Source: a virus
Taxonomy: Duplodnaviria > Caudoviricetes
Strand: one strand, 5' to 3'
DNA: 64,000 nucleotides
IMG/VR virus record: IMGVR_UViG_3300042396_000691
Location: 1-64,000 of that record
Notes under the pieces: model-generated
What the model saw: the letters and a program-made list of their open reading frames with translations, nothing else
The model's database searches: none
What the model was told of the DNA's origin: nothing
Shown here: piece after piece, positions 30,844 to 41,672 of the stretch
Position numbering within the stretch: position 1 is the first letter of the stretch
Layout: each line of letters starts with the position of its first letter
Program-made: the position numbers and the translations under genes

Positions 30844-31884
30844 ATGAGTAAACCAAAGATTGCACTTATAACACCGTCATTAGGTATGGGTGGTGCTGAA
30901 AGATGGATAGTAACTCTTGCAAAATTCTTTAAGAGACTAGACCCTTATTTAATTTTAAATTTAAGTGGTCAAAGCGATTCAATTTTATTAGAAGAAGTTC
31001 CAAAAACAACAAAAATTTTGTCTAATTTTTATTCAAATCCAGAAAAAATTATAAGTTTTTTGAGTGATGCTGATGCAGTTATATCTTGGTGTTTTAATTT
31101 AAACATAAACTTAAAAAATAATTTAAAATGTCCAACTATAGATGTTTCACATAGTGATCCATCTTGGAAAGATCATAAGTTATTAATAAATCAAACATAC
31201 AAAAATTCAAAATATCATGTTGGTGTAAGTAAAGTTGCTGCTTCAGCATTTAGTGAAAATGATGCAACTGTAATATACAATGGAATAGATATAAATAGAC
31301 TTGAAGAATTGAAAGGAAGAGTAAAACAAAGAAAAGAATGGGGTTGTGAAGATAATAAAGTTGTTTTGTTTTTAAGTAGATTATCAGAAGAAAAAAATCC
31401 AAAAATTCTTGTTCAATGCTCAGAATTATTTGATGAAAGTTGGAAATTTTTATTTGTTGATACTGGTTCTTTAAAAAAAGATTTTCAATTGATAAAAAAA
31501 CAAAATATTCAATTAATTAAAAAAACAAAAAACATTGGAGATTACTATGCTGGTGCAGATGTAATTGTCCTTCCTTCAGATGTAGAAGGTATGCCGTTAG
31601 TACTATTAGAGTCTTGGTTTTGTGGTGTTCCAATTGTAACAACTCAATATAACTCTTATTTAGAGTTAATGAATTTACATGGTGAATTGTGTTTATCAAC
31701 CAAGGTAAGACCAACAGCAGTTGAATTTTCAAATAAAATAAAAAAAGCTTATAACCAAGGAAGAAAATCTGAAATGGTCGTTTTAGCTAAATCTATTGTA
31801 GAAAGTAATTATACACATAAAACAATGATTAAAAATTGGGAAGATTACATATTTTCAAAAATAAAAGAATGTAATGATACTTAA
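30844..31884 (+). CDS. GT4 glycosyltransferase
   Basis: MGGAER, VIYNGID, SRLSEEKNP, PSDVEGMPLVLLES. Confidence 0.9.
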   Translation: MSKPKIALITPSLGMGGAERWIVTLAKFFKRLDPYLILNLSGQSDSILLEEVPKTTKILSNFYSNPEKIISFLSDADAVISWCFNLNINLKNNLKCPTIDVSHSDPSWKDHKLLINQTYKNSKYHVGVSKVAASAFSENDATVIYNGIDINRLEELKGRVKQRKEWGCEDNKVVLFLSRLSEEKNPKILVQCSELFDESWKFLFVDTGSLKKDFQLIKKQNIQLIKKTKNIGDYYAGADVIVLPSDVEGMPLVLLESWFCGVPIVTTQYNSYLELMNLHGELCLSTKVRPTAVEFSNKIKKAYNQGRKSEMVVLAKSIVESNYTHKTMIKNWEDYIFSKIKECNDT

Positions 31885-32485
31885 CAAAAAAAAGAAATGG
31901 CTTTACATAGGACCACCAAAGACTGGTAGTACAGCCATATCATATGTTTTAACGGATGGAAAGTATAACAATAATGCTTTTATTCAAGATTTAAATGTTA
32001 ATTTTGAAGGCATAGAAATAAATGGTCAACACACCCCTTGGCCTCCTGACGAATTAAGTTCTGAATATGATGGCTATAATGTTTTTATAAGTGTAAGAAA
32101 TCCTTTTTCTAGAATAGTTTCTCTTTACAATCATTGGAAGTATGGACAGAATTACGAAAATGAATTTTTGTTAAAAGAAAAAACTTTTGAAGAATTTATA
32201 GGTCTTGTTTTAAATAAAAAACTTTCTAACGATGGTTTTTTCCATTATACAATAACAGAATGGGTGTCTAAATATCGTTCATTTATAAAACAGGAAAACC
32301 TGCAAAGTGATTTAAAAATGCTGAATATTCACTCTATAGATTTTAATGTTCCAATAATAAATGAGAAATTAGGATCGACAAAACATTGGAAAGAAGAGCA
32401 CAATAAAAAAACAATTGAAATGACAATTGAATGGGCAGAAAAAGATTTTTATAATTTTGAATACAGCAAGGACATTAATGTTTAA
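31874..32485 (+). CDS. Sulfotransferase (Sulfotransfer_2-like)
   Basis: PAPS-binding motifs PPKTGSTAI and VRNPFSRIVSLY. Confidence 0.82.
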   Translation: MILNKKKKWLYIGPPKTGSTAISYVLTDGKYNNNAFIQDLNVNFEGIEINGQHTPWPPDELSSEYDGYNVFISVRNPFSRIVSLYNHWKYGQNYENEFLLKEKTFEEFIGLVLNKKLSNDGFFHYTITEWVSKYRSFIKQENLQSDLKMLNIHSIDFNVPIINEKLGSTKHWKEEHNKKTIEMTIEWAEKDFYNFEYSKDINV

Positions 32486-33194
32486 GTGTTTTTTTGATTT
32501 TTTTGGTTCTGATCGTTCTGGTAAATGGTGGACTCTTCGTTGTCAACACATTAAAGATAATCCATCATGTATAGGTTGTGGCACAAAAAAAGAGGTTCAA
32601 GTTCATCATATAATACCAGTTAGTGTTGATTCATCTAAAGAGTTATGTAGAAACAACTTATGTACTCTTTGCAAACATTGCCATTTTGTTTTTGGGCACT
32701 TGCACAACTATAAAAATTACAATCCAGAAGTAATTAGGGATTGCCAAGAGCATTACAAAAGAGTAAAACAATTTAGAGTTAAGACTTTTCAAAAACCTAT
32801 TTCTTTATGGAGGACTATTATGAGCAAGTTTTTTGGTTCTATTGCGTTAGTTTTTTTAGGATATTCAATTTATGTTAGCCATATGTATGTGGTAGAAACT
32901 AATAAAAATATAACGGTTAAAGAACTTTTTGCTGCTGAAAACAGACTATTGAAAGATGAAATTTATGCAGAGAGAAGCAAACCAACTTATGAAAATGGCT
33001 ATAGGGATGCTATTTTAAGGGCTGGTTCACCAACTGGATCTGGTTCATATCGTGATGGTTGGGAGGCTTGTGCAAAGCTTTATACAGACGGTTCATGGAC
33101 AAGCGGTTATCATACGGCACTAGAACAATTTGGTTGGAAGAATGAATCAACAGCATTCAAAAATTCAAATCCTCAAGCTGTTTCTATGAAATAA
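32478..33194 (+). CDS. HNH endonuclease in frame with a membrane-anchored protein (internal start at 32820)
   Basis: CIGCG...VHHIIP...NLCTLCKHCH. Internal RBS GGAGG (32809-32813) and ATG 32820 are followed by a TM helix. Confidence 0.7.
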   Translation: MFKCFFDFFGSDRSGKWWTLRCQHIKDNPSCIGCGTKKEVQVHHIIPVSVDSSKELCRNNLCTLCKHCHFVFGHLHNYKNYNPEVIRDCQEHYKRVKQFRVKTFQKPISLWRTIMSKFFGSIALVFLGYSIYVSHMYVVETNKNITVKELFAAENRLLKDEIYAERSKPTYENGYRDAILRAGSPTGSGSYRDGWEACAKLYTDGSWTSGYHTALEQFGWKNESTAFKNSNPQAVSMK

Positions 33195-33228
33195 TCTTTA
33201 ATGATTTGCCCTCATACTGTGTATTAGT

Positions 33229-33615
33229 ATGGGGGTAATCATGAAAAAGAAATCACACAATAGCAAAGCTTTTGGCGAAATTTCTGGAAAATATTGGGCT
33301 TCATTAAGAAAAAACGCAAAAAAAAGAAACATACAAATAAAAGTAACAATAGAAGAAGCTTGGGAAATTTTCCTAAAACAAAACAAAAGATGTTTTTATA
33401 CTGGCTTAAAAATAACCCATAAAAAATATTTAAAAAGAATTAATAATAAAGATATTTATTCTTTAGGAACAGCATCGTTAGATAGGAAAAACAGTAGCCT
33501 TGACTACACTAAAGAAAATATACAGTGGGTTCATAAAGATGTTAACTATATGAAGATGAGTTTAAACGAAAAGTATTTCGTAAAACTTTGCAAGCTTATA
33601 TCTAGGAGATTTTAA
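33229..33615 (+). CDS. HNH-like endonuclease
   Basis: QNKRCFYTG...ASLDRKNSSLDYTKENIQWVHKDVNYMK. Confidence 0.75.
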   Translation: MGVIMKKKSHNSKAFGEISGKYWASLRKNAKKRNIQIKVTIEEAWEIFLKQNKRCFYTGLKITHKKYLKRINNKDIYSLGTASLDRKNSSLDYTKENIQWVHKDVNYMKMSLNEKYFVKLCKLISRRF

Positions 33616-33956
33616 TGAATTTTCAATCGCATGAAGATCTTTACATTCAACTTTCAAAAGACGAAAAAGAATTAGCTAATTCACTTATTTCATTGTCTCA
33701 AAAAGTTGGTCCGATCAATAAATCTGATGGTATTTGGGTTGGATATGAAAATGCAGATAACAATCCTACTAAAAATATTGGTGTTAAGTGTGGAAATTGT
33801 GCATTACACAAATCAGAAAACACATGCATTATACTTGATCAACAAATAGAAATGGATGGTGTTTGCAGATTTGCAGTTATACCAGATGGTTATGTTAATG
33901 TTGTTAAAGTAGAAAAGGACATAGAAGAATACCTTAATGAAAATAATAATAAATAG
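33615..33956 (+). CDS. Small protein with HiPIP-like Cys pattern
   Basis: CGNC-x7-C-x8-MDGVC spacing resembles high-potential iron-sulfur proteins. Confidence 0.45.
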   Translation: MNFQSHEDLYIQLSKDEKELANSLISLSQKVGPINKSDGIWVGYENADNNPTKNIGVKCGNCALHKSENTCIILDQQIEMDGVCRFAVIPDGYVNVVKVEKDIEEYLNENNNK

Positions 33957-34422
33957 TCCTGTTTTAAAAACAAAATGCAAAGAAGTAGATTTAAAAAAGG
34001 GAAAGACTATTGCCAAAAGAATGTGGCAATTTTTAAACCTTTACAATAAAAAAAACGAAGTAAAAGCTGTTGGTTTAGCAGCAAATCAATTTGGAATAGA
34101 TGCTTCAGTTGCCATAGTTCTTAAAAACAACAAACCATTTATTTTAATGAATCCTAAAATAATAAATTTTTCTCAAATAAAAATTTGTAAAAAAGAAGGA
34201 TGCTTAAGTTTTCCAGATGAACAACTTGATGTCTATAGACATATGTGGATTGAAGTTGTATGTTTAAATCATCCTAATCCTATTTTCTTTGGAAGTAGAC
34301 CAGAAGAAAGCAATGATAATTTTTTGGAAAGTTGTGTTGCTCAACATGAAATAGCACACTTAAACGGTTTGACTTTTCATGATTTTCAATGGAATAATTC
34401 AATAACACCTAACGATTGGTAA
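33937..34422 (+). CDS. def: Peptide deformylase
   Basis: GLAANQFG, EGCLS, QHEIAHLNG. Confidence 0.95.
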   Translation: MKIIINSPVLKTKCKEVDLKKGKTIAKRMWQFLNLYNKKNEVKAVGLAANQFGIDASVAIVLKNNKPFILMNPKIINFSQIKICKKEGCLSFPDEQLDVYRHMWIEVVCLNHPNPIFFGSRPEESNDNFLESCVAQHEIAHLNGLTFHDFQWNNSITPNDW

Positions 34423-34922
34423 AATGAAAAACCACTATACAAAAGTAAAAAACGCTGTAGATTTTAAAATATACAATGAGCTTGAGAGTTTTGTTTACAA
34501 CTCTTTAGTTGAAGATGAGTTAACATCTGAAGAAAATTTGCGTTCTTTAATTGTTTCTCAGGTAAAAAGAGAACATGGTAGCCTTATTTATTCGAGCATA
34601 GAAATAGAAGATACTATAAAAAATCTAATTATTAGAAAAATTATTAAAGAAGCGATTGGTATAAAGTTGTCCAAGTTTATTCATAGTCAATAGTTAGGGG
34701 TATTTATACATGGGCTTTATCCTTTTAAAAGGAGGTATCCCATGCAAACTTATTTTGAAGTTTGGGCAACAGAGCCTAATGGCAAAACAAGAATAAAAAT
34801 AGCAGAGTACGAAGAAATTTTTTGGCAAAGAGCAGAAAAAAAAGCTTTATCATTAGAGTTACAAGGATATACTAAGATAGTTGTTTTTGAAAAAATGAGG
34901 ACTACAAACAAATAAGTTTGAT

Positions 34923-36005
34923 TTGCATAAGGAGGATACTATGGATATAAATCTCAGTTGCCCAATAAATCAGCTTGGGTATGGTGTCGTTGGTTTAAAT
35001 GTTTTTTTAAATTTACAAAAAAATCATAATGTAGCACTATGGCCAATTGGACCAGTAGATTGCGAAGAATCAAAACATGATGCATTAAGAGCATCTATTG
35101 AAAAAACAAAAACATTTAATTACACAGCACCAAGTTTAAAAATATGGCATCAGTTTGATATGGCATCTCATGTTGGAAATGGCAAAAAATTTGGTTTAAC
35201 ATTTTTTGAAACCAATAAAATAAAAGAAAATGAAATTCATCATTTAAAATTTTTAGAAAAAGTATTTGTTACATCCTCTTGGGCAAAAGAGGTTCTTATA
35301 AATTCTGGTTTAGAAAGTTCAAAAATAGTAGTTGTAAAACTTGGTGTAGATAAAGTAATTTTTCCAGAATCTAAAATAGATGATAAAAAAACAACCAAAA
35401 TAGTTTGTGTTGGTAAATGGGAAATAAGGAAAGGTCATGATCTTATCATAGATATTATAGAAAAAACTTTTGATAAAGATGATGATTTCAAACTTATAAT
35501 GTGTTGCTCTAATCCGTTTTTGTCACAAGAAGAACAAAATCACTGGATTTCATTTTTTGAAAAAAGCAAATATTTTGATAAGATAATTGTTTTGAAAGAA
35601 AGATTAAAATCTCAAGCAGATGTTAATAGGCTTATGCATGGTTCTGATGTTGGCATATTCCCATATCGTGCAGAAGCTTGGAACTTAGAACTTTCTGAAA
35701 TGTTGTCAATGGGCAAACATTGCATTGCTACAAATTATTCTGGTCCAAAAGAATTTGCTAATGATGCTGGTGCGATTTTAATTAACTCAGAAGGTATGGA
35801 AAGTGCTTACGATGGAAAATGGTTTGATGGTTCAGCAGAATGGGCCAAACTAGGAAAAAAATATGTGGAAGAATTTTCTTCTGCCTTAAGAAATATTCAT
35901 GAGCAAAAACAAAAGGGTGATTTAAAAATAAACTCTAAGGGTATAGAATATTTTAATCAAAACACTTGGGAAAAATCTTGCGAAACAATAGTGGGTGAAC
36001 TATGA
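34923..36005 (+). CDS. GT4 glycosyltransferase
   Basis: LGYG, FFET, VGKWEIRKG, FPYRAEAWNLELSEMLSMG. Confidence 0.88.
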   Translation: MHKEDTMDINLSCPINQLGYGVVGLNVFLNLQKNHNVALWPIGPVDCEESKHDALRASIEKTKTFNYTAPSLKIWHQFDMASHVGNGKKFGLTFFETNKIKENEIHHLKFLEKVFVTSSWAKEVLINSGLESSKIVVVKLGVDKVIFPESKIDDKKTTKIVCVGKWEIRKGHDLIIDIIEKTFDKDDDFKLIMCCSNPFLSQEEQNHWISFFEKSKYFDKIIVLKERLKSQADVNRLMHGSDVGIFPYRAEAWNLELSEMLSMGKHCIATNYSGPKEFANDAGAILINSEGMESAYDGKWFDGSAEWAKLGKKYVEEFSSALRNIHEQKQKGDLKINSKGIEYFNQNTWEKSCETIVGEL

Positions 36006-36709
36006 ATTTGACAGTATCATTTTTAATATGCAGAACAGACGAAGGTAAAGAACCATCAATTTTATTTTTAAAAAATGAAAATGGTAATTATGAATTGCCA
36101 AGTTTTCAAATGAAAGACGATGAGTATGATGTTGATGAATTTGTTGGCAGAACATTTAAATCAATCACTGGTGTTCAAGTAATAGACAAAAGAGGTTTTG
36201 GTTGGATTAACTTGTTTTTATCTGGAACCATAGTATCAAATAAAAAATATAGTTTTGTTTATATGTGTAAGCTTCCAGATGTTATAAATATTGAAATTTA
36301 TGAAAGTATAAAAATGAGTTCTCTTCTTGAATCACAAAATTTTGAAGAGGATTATATTTCTCAAGTTATTCACTGTTTTAATAATTTATACATTAGATAA
36401 CATGAAAAACATAAAAATAATTTTTGATGTAAATTTAAGCGATGTTATAACAACATTTGTATTTCCAGAAATAATAGACAAAGAAGAAAAATCTGTTTTA
36501 TCTGAAAAAACAGCATCTTTTCTTTCTTCTCTGCAAACTGGAGGTGTGATGACATCAATAATACATGGTGTTGTTGAAGGTGGAATTATTTCTGACGATA
36601 AAGGTTTATCTGATTTAATAATTAAAAAAATGCTTTCTAATTTTTTAGTTACATCAGATGAAAAACCATTGATTCTTCCAAGTGAAGCATTTGTTTTTAA
36701 GGAAAAATA

Positions 36710-37513
36710 ATGACGATAGAAGCAAAGATAATTTCAGACTCGATATCTATTTACGACAGAAGAATAACCACTATGGTTATTAAGTATCCAAGGTTTATAC
36801 ATTCTGAATTTATGACACATAGAATTTTTTCTAGAAATGCGAGTAGTAGCCGAGCTATACCAGTTGATAAAATGATTGATGATATTAAACACGACATGGC
36901 AAAACCAAGCATTTGGGCAAAAAATCAAAAAGGAATGTCATCTGGCGAAAGGTTAGATTATAACAAAGAAGTTATGTGTAATCATGTTTGGCAAGAAGCA
37001 GCAGAATTTGTTATTAAAAAATGTGCATTGTTAAAAGAACTTGGTGTTCACAAAAGTATAGCCAATAGAATACTAGAGCCTTTTTCTCACATAACAACAA
37101 TTGTTACTTCTACAGAATGGGATAATTTTTTTAAATTGAGGATAAGCCCTGATGCACAACCAGAAATATGTGAATTAGCAACAAAAATGAAAGTCGTATT
37201 AGATGAATCAACCCCTAAGATTAAAAACTTTGGTGATTGGCATATTCCATTTGGTGATGCTTATGTAGATGATGGTGTACCAATAGAAAAAATGCTTAAA
37301 ATAAGTGTCGCTCGTTGTGCTAGAGTTAGCTATCTTAATTTTGAAGGAAAAATAGACAATGAAAAAGATTATGATCTTCATGACAAATTAATGGAAGAAG
37401 GTCATTGGAGTCCTTTTGAACATTGTGCTACTCCTACATCATCTGATATCTATAGCGGAAATTTTTTAGGTTGGCTACAATATAGAAAATTTGCGGATAG
37501 AAAGAATGATTAA
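36710..37513 (+). CDS. thyX: Flavin-dependent thymidylate synthase
   Basis: EFMTHRIFSRNASSSRAIP, ANRILEP, FFKLR...AQPEI, SVARCARVSY, HWSPFEH. Confidence 0.9.
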   Translation: MTIEAKIISDSISIYDRRITTMVIKYPRFIHSEFMTHRIFSRNASSSRAIPVDKMIDDIKHDMAKPSIWAKNQKGMSSGERLDYNKEVMCNHVWQEAAEFVIKKCALLKELGVHKSIANRILEPFSHITTIVTSTEWDNFFKLRISPDAQPEICELATKMKVVLDESTPKIKNFGDWHIPFGDAYVDDGVPIEKMLKISVARCARVSYLNFEGKIDNEKDYDLHDKLMEEGHWSPFEHCATPTSSDIYSGNFLGWLQYRKFADRKND

Positions 37514-38537
37514 AAAAATACAATGGCTGAAGTGGGAAGATCCACTTACGCCAAATAAAGAAGACATTGATCTTGAAACGAAATCTCATAAAGACAGCTT
37601 TAAAGAATTTGATGATTCTGAAGAAAGACATGTCAGATTAGTTGTCGGCCCTTATGGTCTTTTGCCACTAAATGAAAATGCTGTTACGGCAAAACTTTAT
37701 AAGCTTTGGGTTGGTCATTGTAACTTTGAAATAACCGATACAGTCAAAGAAAAAATAGAATCTGTTGCTGGAGTAGAAGTTTTACGAATATGGACAAGAT
37801 ATAGGTTTTGGTTAGGTGTAGCAAATCTTTTTGATGATTCAGATGTTCAAAGCGATATTGAAAAACTTTTAACTGAAGAGAAAGAATTAAAGAATAAAAA
37901 TATTGCACTTAAAGCTTTGGTAAAAGTTTTAAAAAATAAATATAAATTTTGGGCAGTTTTTTTAGAAAAGAATGGTGAATTAAAAACTGTTGGTAGTGAA
38001 AATATTGAAGATGTAAAAAAAGAAACAGAATTGAATAAAAATTTAAACATATTGGCTTGCAGTTGGAAAAATGATTGATATATTGTATTTATCCATTACT
38101 CAAAAGGAGATTTCGCTATGTCTGATGTTGTAAAAAGCTTTAATCCTGATCAAGTTGCAAAGTCTGTAGCTATTATTGTGTCTACCTTAAAATGGGTTTC
38201 TACCATTATTCCAGGTGATTCAGACGATAAAGTTGTTGCTCAAATTGTTAAAATTGCTGAAGAGCCTTGGTTTGTTACGGCTTTGACTTTTTTAATTAAC
38301 AAATTTGATGGCGATATGAGTCAAATAAAAGCTGAAGACTTTATCCTTGCTGCTAGAACGGCTCAAGGAAAATACTAGTGCTTAAGTTTTTAATTGAACT
38401 TATCTCTAATATTGTAATAGCTATTTTTTTAGCGATTATATTTATATTGTTTTATGTTTCAGACAGTTTAAAAAAACATAAGCATAATAAAGAATGTTTT
38501 ATTGATAAAACCAATAAGTAAATTATAGGAAATTAAC

Positions 38538-39317
38538 ATGTTTAAGAAATCATTGTTTTTTTTGTTGGTGTTTTGCAATTTTGCTTTTGCAGAAAATTTT
38601 GTAATTCCAGAGCAAAAAATCGTTGGAGCAGAAATTCCTATTCCTTTGGGTGAGCTTGTAGATTTGTCTATAAGCCCAATTCAATCCACGCCAAAGTTTT
38701 TAGTTTCAACTACATATGCATGGAAAGTATTTGACGGTTATACAGAAAAAAGAATTCGTAATTATGAAAATGGTGTTTTCTTTGGTTCTGGAATACAAGC
38801 AAAAAGACTCAAGGTTATTGTTTCAATAACTCATTTGTACATAGTTAAAGAAAACGAAAAGCTTTTAGAGGCTGCTACTAGAACTAATTTTATTTCAACA
38901 GATGTTTTTATTGGTGAACAAGAACCTGATACTCCACTAGAGCCAGAGGTTGAACCAGAATTTGGAGAATCAAAGTATCAACTTTCTAAATTTATTTATG
39001 ACAATGTTAAGATTTTAAAAATATCAAAATCAGATAAGGTAAAACAATCTACTGCTATTGCAACATCTTTTGATAGCATGGCTGCTGCTATTGCTGCCGG
39101 AACAATTGCAACACTTGAAGACATACTGAAAAAGACAGCAGAATCAAATAAATTAGCATTAACAAAATCTGGTGGAGATAGAACAAAATGGGAACCACTA
39201 TTTACAGAAATACAAGAAAAGCTTTTTGACTTGTATAAAACTAATAAGATGCAAACCAAAGAAGATTTTGCTATTGCGTGGAGAGAAATATCATCTGGTC
39301 TTAAATTAATAAAATAG
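38538..39317 (+). CDS. Secreted hypothetical protein
   Basis: Signal peptide (MFKKSLFFLLVFCNFAFA), beta-rich domain, P/E linker, helical C-terminal domain. Confidence 0.55.
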   Translation: MFKKSLFFLLVFCNFAFAENFVIPEQKIVGAEIPIPLGELVDLSISPIQSTPKFLVSTTYAWKVFDGYTEKRIRNYENGVFFGSGIQAKRLKVIVSITHLYIVKENEKLLEAATRTNFISTDVFIGEQEPDTPLEPEVEPEFGESKYQLSKFIYDNVKILKISKSDKVKQSTAIATSFDSMAAAIAAGTIATLEDILKKTAESNKLALTKSGGDRTKWEPLFTEIQEKLFDLYKTNKMQTKEDFAIAWREISSGLKLIK

Positions 39318-39324
39318 GTGAAAC

Positions 39325-40248
39325 ATGTCTGAATTATCAAAGTTAGGTGGTTGGGCAGGAAAAGACAATCCTTCGCTTGTTGAAAGTGAATTCAATTTAA
39401 TTAAAGATGGTGGATCATTTAGAGACTTTAATGTTTATGGCAAAAGCCAAGACACTAAAGGCAAAAAAATGATGTTGTATGATGTTGTTCGTAAAGTTCT
39501 TGGTAAGGATACTCCTAATTACGCTCAAGAAATTGGTGACTGCGTAAGTTTTGGTGCTAAAAATGCCATTGAATACTTAATGGCTACTGAAAAACTTATG
39601 AAGGGCGATCACGAAAAATTTGAATTTGTTTTTCCACCATATCTTTATGGCACAGGAAGAGTTCTTGTTGGTCGTGGACAACTTAATGGTGAAGATGGAT
39701 CTCTTGGGAGTTGGATGGCAGATGCTGTTATTAAATATGGGGTTCTTCGTAGTAATTTTGATGGTCTTCCTAAGTATGCTGGAAGCGTAGCCAAAAAATG
39801 GGGCGATACACCAGGACCAGACAAGAAGTTTGTTGAAGAAGGAACTAAACACCCAGTAAAGTCTGCTGCTCAAATTAAAAATTGGGATCAATTAGTAGAG
39901 GCTATTGTAAATGGTTACCCCTGCACAACTGCTAGTGATGTAGGGTATGAAATGGAACCAGAGTCTGATGGTTTTCATAGCCAGACAGACAATTGGGGCC
40001 ATCAAATGTGTTTTATAGGCGTTGACGATAGAGCTAAAGACCCATACGCAATTATTGTTAATAGTTGGGGTGATGCTCACGGTCATCTTAAAGACTTTGA
40101 CACTGGAGAAAATCTTCCTGTCGGAGTTTTAAGAGTTAAAAAGAAAGATGCTGAAAAACACATTAGGGCTGGTGAAACTTTTGCTTATAGTAATTTCGAA
40201 GGTTTTCCAGAACAGTTGATAGATAAAAAATTATTTATGCTTATTTAG
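39325..40248 (+). CDS. Papain-like (C1) cysteine peptidase
   Basis: QEIGDCVSFG (Gln/Cys), WGHQM (His), VNSWG (Asn). Confidence 0.85.
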   Translation: MSELSKLGGWAGKDNPSLVESEFNLIKDGGSFRDFNVYGKSQDTKGKKMMLYDVVRKVLGKDTPNYAQEIGDCVSFGAKNAIEYLMATEKLMKGDHEKFEFVFPPYLYGTGRVLVGRGQLNGEDGSLGSWMADAVIKYGVLRSNFDGLPKYAGSVAKKWGDTPGPDKKFVEEGTKHPVKSAAQIKNWDQLVEAIVNGYPCTTASDVGYEMEPESDGFHSQTDNWGHQMCFIGVDDRAKDPYAIIVNSWGDAHGHLKDFDTGENLPVGVLRVKKKDAEKHIRAGETFAYSNFEGFPEQLIDKKLFMLI

Positions 40249-40259
40249 AAGGGTTTAAT

Positions 40260-41150
40260 ATGACAAATAAATCTGAAGGTTTACAGTATGGAAAGCCAGA
40301 CAAGGATGATCCAAGAAAAACTCCAGCAAAACCAGAAGAGCAAAAAAAGGGTTCTAAAAAAAACCCAAAAGACTCTGCCAATAAGCCAAATAAAGATATT
40401 GAGTTATCAAAAGAAACCGAAGATAAAATTAAAGTTTTGATGCAAAAGCATAACGACAAAGATCCAGAATTTAAAGCCAATATGGGCCAATTAAAATCTG
40501 TCTTTAGAAGAGGTGCTGGAGCATTTTCTACTAGTCATGCACCAAACATGAATAGAACAGGGTGGGGTTTAGCTAGAGTAAGAGCTTTTTTATATTTGCT
40601 CCGCAATAAAAGAGCATCAAATCCGAATTACAAGCAAGATAATGATCTATTGCCAGAAGGTCATCCAAAAAGCACAAAAAAACCTTCAGCGTCTTACTTA
40701 AATGAAGAAATTGATTATTCTGAGTTTCTAAATTCTATTAAAGATATAATTGTAAAAAACAAAGAAAGAAGTAAAGCTTTTTCAGATATTGAAAAATATT
40801 TTACTAAATCTTCTGAAGGTTACGATGCACCAGAATCTGCTAGAAATAATGCAAGAAAAGTTTTAGAGTGGAAAGAAAAGTATGGGAAAGAATGCAAAGG
40901 TATGACCGCTGTAGGTTGGGCCAGAGCTAGAGATTTGGCTGGAAATGCTATGTTATCTGCTGATACAGTAAAAAGAATGGCTCAATTTAATAGGCATGGA
41001 TCTAATTATGAAAAAGCAAAATCTAAACCAGAGTATAAAACTAAACCTTGGAGTATTCCAGCGGTGGTTGCATGGTTAGGTTGGGGTGGAACATCTGGTA
41101 TTGAATGGGCAATGAGAACAAGTCAATCCATTATAAAAAACAAAAAGTAA
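40260..41150 (+). CDS. Two-domain phage protein (motifs seen in head-morphogenesis-associated proteins)
   Basis: LKSVFRRGAGAFSTSH...WGLARVRAFL and VGWARARDLA...TVKRM..F.RH...WLGWGG..G..WA. Confidence 0.45.
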   Translation: MTNKSEGLQYGKPDKDDPRKTPAKPEEQKKGSKKNPKDSANKPNKDIELSKETEDKIKVLMQKHNDKDPEFKANMGQLKSVFRRGAGAFSTSHAPNMNRTGWGLARVRAFLYLLRNKRASNPNYKQDNDLLPEGHPKSTKKPSASYLNEEIDYSEFLNSIKDIIVKNKERSKAFSDIEKYFTKSSEGYDAPESARNNARKVLEWKEKYGKECKGMTAVGWARARDLAGNAMLSADTVKRMAQFNRHGSNYEKAKSKPEYKTKPWSIPAVVAWLGWGGTSGIEWAMRTSQSIIKNKK

Positions 41151-41672
41151 ATCATGTTAAGCTTAATGCTTTTTTTGTTGTTTGATCAAACTATAAGCAA
41201 AGAACAATTTGTGCTAATAGAGAAAGATTCTATTTCATTTTCTAAACTCATAAATCAACTACCAAAATCAAAAGTATCCTTATCAGTAATCATAAATGCA
41301 AATCAAGAAGAGTGTTTTACTTGACGGAGAAGAAAATAATGCGGTCGCATAAAAAAATACAAGAAATATTAGAAAAATCAGAAGTTATTAAAAAGTATGA
41401 TGCTGTTGGTGTTATAACAATAATAATGATTGTTAGTCTTATATTTGAAGGCATAAAACTAATACAGTATTGCAAGTCTTCTAAAATAACAGCATCAATA
41501 ATTAAAAGAGGTGGACCTTTAGTTAGAATGTTTATTAGAAACAACCTTTATAAAAATATTATTAAAGCAAATGTTCCAGCAGAACACGCCAAGATCATAT
41601 CTGATACAATAGTCGAGTTGATGCAATCTTTGTCTGTTGATGAAATAGTTTCGCTTTTAAATATGGTTTACA

